Below are positions 62,900 to 64,000 of a stretch of 64,000 bases of DNA, piece after piece (position 1 is the stretch's first letter; the number at the start of each line of letters is the position of its first letter). The position numbers were made by a program, and so were the translations under genes. The notes under the pieces are model-generated. The model saw only the letters and a program-made list of their open reading frames with translations. It did no database searches and had not been told where the DNA came from. The stretch spans positions 121,398,001 to 121,462,000 of the forward strand of contig NC_087437.1 of NCBI RefSeq assembly GCF_036321535.1. Reading direction: 5' to 3'. The DNA comes from Camelus dromedarius (taxonomy: Eukaryota).

Positions 62900-64000
62900 T
62901 AAACACTTCTCGGTATCGCCGTAGAAAATGCAATTACGGTGCCCGGGGGCGTACGCTTACCGCGTGCTCGTGAAACAGCTGTGACAAGCCTTCACCTGCT
63001 AACCGACCAAGCCAGCGCCCCGCAGCTGGTCATCTCGCCTTGCTTCTGACCTCGCCGAGGGTCCCACGCAGAAACCGGGGGGCGCCGTCGGCGTCTGGGG
63101 GCCGTGACCCCACCTCCTCCAGCACGCCCCCGACTTCGCACCGCGCAGGCCGGGTGCACCTTAACGTCCGGTTCCCGGCGCGCCCTCCAGCGCGCGGACG
63201 CTGCGGACCCCGCCCGCCTCGCCGGGGACCCCGCGCCGCCGGCCGCGGGCGGGGCCTCGCGGGGCCGCGCCCCTCCCGCCGCCCTGGGCCCTCTCTCCCG
63301 GATCCCTCCGTCCCCTCGCCCCCTCTCGCGCTCCCGGGCCCCGCCGACCGCGGGTAAGACTCGGCGCGGCCTGCGTGCGCGCGCACGTGCGGCGTCGTGG
63401 CGTCGCCGCCCCCCCTCCCCGCGTGCGCGCGGCCGGCCGCGGGGGCCGCGGGGAGGGCGGAGCCAACGCCGAGGGCGGAGGGCGGAGGCTGAGGCGGCGG
63501 CTGAGGCGGCGGCCGGTCGGGCCGCTCTCGGGGCCGCGCTCGGGGGCGCGCTCGGGGCCGCGCCAGGCCACGGCCAGCGCGCCGCAGCCCCCGGCGGCCG
63601 ATCGGAGCCCCGCGGACTTGCGATCGGAGCCCTTGAGCCGCGCGGAGCGGAGCGGCCCGCGGCTGAGGTGAGGCCGGCGGGGCGGCGGCGCTGCGGGGGC
63701 GGCGGGGCTCGGACACCGCGGCCGGACAGCACGGCCGGACCACGCCGCCGGGCCACGCCGCCGGGCAGCGCGGGGCAGCGCCGCGACTGCGTTTATGTAA
63801 GCGCCGCGGGGCAGGTGGTGAGGCCGCGCCGGGCGTGCGGCTGGAGCGGGACCCGAGCGGCCCGGGGCGCTGTCCGGAGACGCTGTCCGGAGCGGCCGCG
63901 GGCCGCCCAGGGAGGGGAACTGCGCCCAGAGCGGCCCCACGTCTCCTGCCCCCGGCGCCGCATCTGCGCGGGATGCTCTGCGCCGCGGAAGAGGGAGGCT
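62900..64000. promoter_or_regulatory. CpG-island promoter (continues beyond the window), probably of ADARB1
   Basis: Very high GC and CpG density, multiple GGGCGG boxes, NRF1-like TGCGCGCGCA at 63376-85 overlapping the E-box CACGTG at 63384-89. Confidence 0.92.
63487..63667 (+). other. ADARB1: Non-coding first exon, likely ADARB1 (ADAR2, RNA-editing deaminase); start approximate
   Basis: GCTCGGGGCCGCGCCAGGCCACGGCCA..GCGCCGC and the terminal GCGGCTGAG match my memory of the human ADARB1 5'UTR exon 1. Strong donor GAG|gtgagg, no ATG. Identity is from recall, not a search. Confidence 0.72.

Noticed and set aside
62992..63940. Minus-strand 237-259 aa ORFs across the promoter
   Set aside because: CpG-island artefacts; Arg/Ala/Pro/Gly-rich with no domain.
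1..64000. Prokaryotic systems (CRISPR array, operon, retron or other defence locus) or an active retroelement
   Set aside because: The sequence is clearly mammalian, has no repeat-spacer array, and all L1/ERV copies seen are truncated or disabled.

Overview
Mammalian genomic DNA, GC-rich and subtelomeric-like. It is probably camelid, judged by four tRNA-Ala-derived SINEs resembling the vic-1 family. I can support no intact protein-coding CDS: the ORF track is almost all GC-driven noise or L1 remnants. The window ends in a strong CpG-island promoter with a non-coding first exon (~63487-63667, +) that matches my recollection of the ADARB1 (ADAR2) 5'UTR, so this is probably the interval upstream of ADARB1, syntenic to human 21q22.3. 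The rest is LINE-1/HAL1 fossils, ERV1/ERVL/MaLR LTRs, hAT MITEs, SINEs and a second CpG island at ~15.4-16.0 kb. The most interesting signal is not shown by the ORF track. It is a chain of about 14 decayed + strand exons (~40.4-62 kb) with mostly canonical splice sites, several phase-compatible junctions, and scattered stops and frameshifts. Pieced together they suggest a large, unrecognised protein: a Cys-rich extracellular-like region, then several hydrophobic segments, then a coiled-coil-like tail. I interpret it as a candidate unitary pseudogene lying directly upstream of the ADARB1-like promoter. All family names come from memory and no searches were run.
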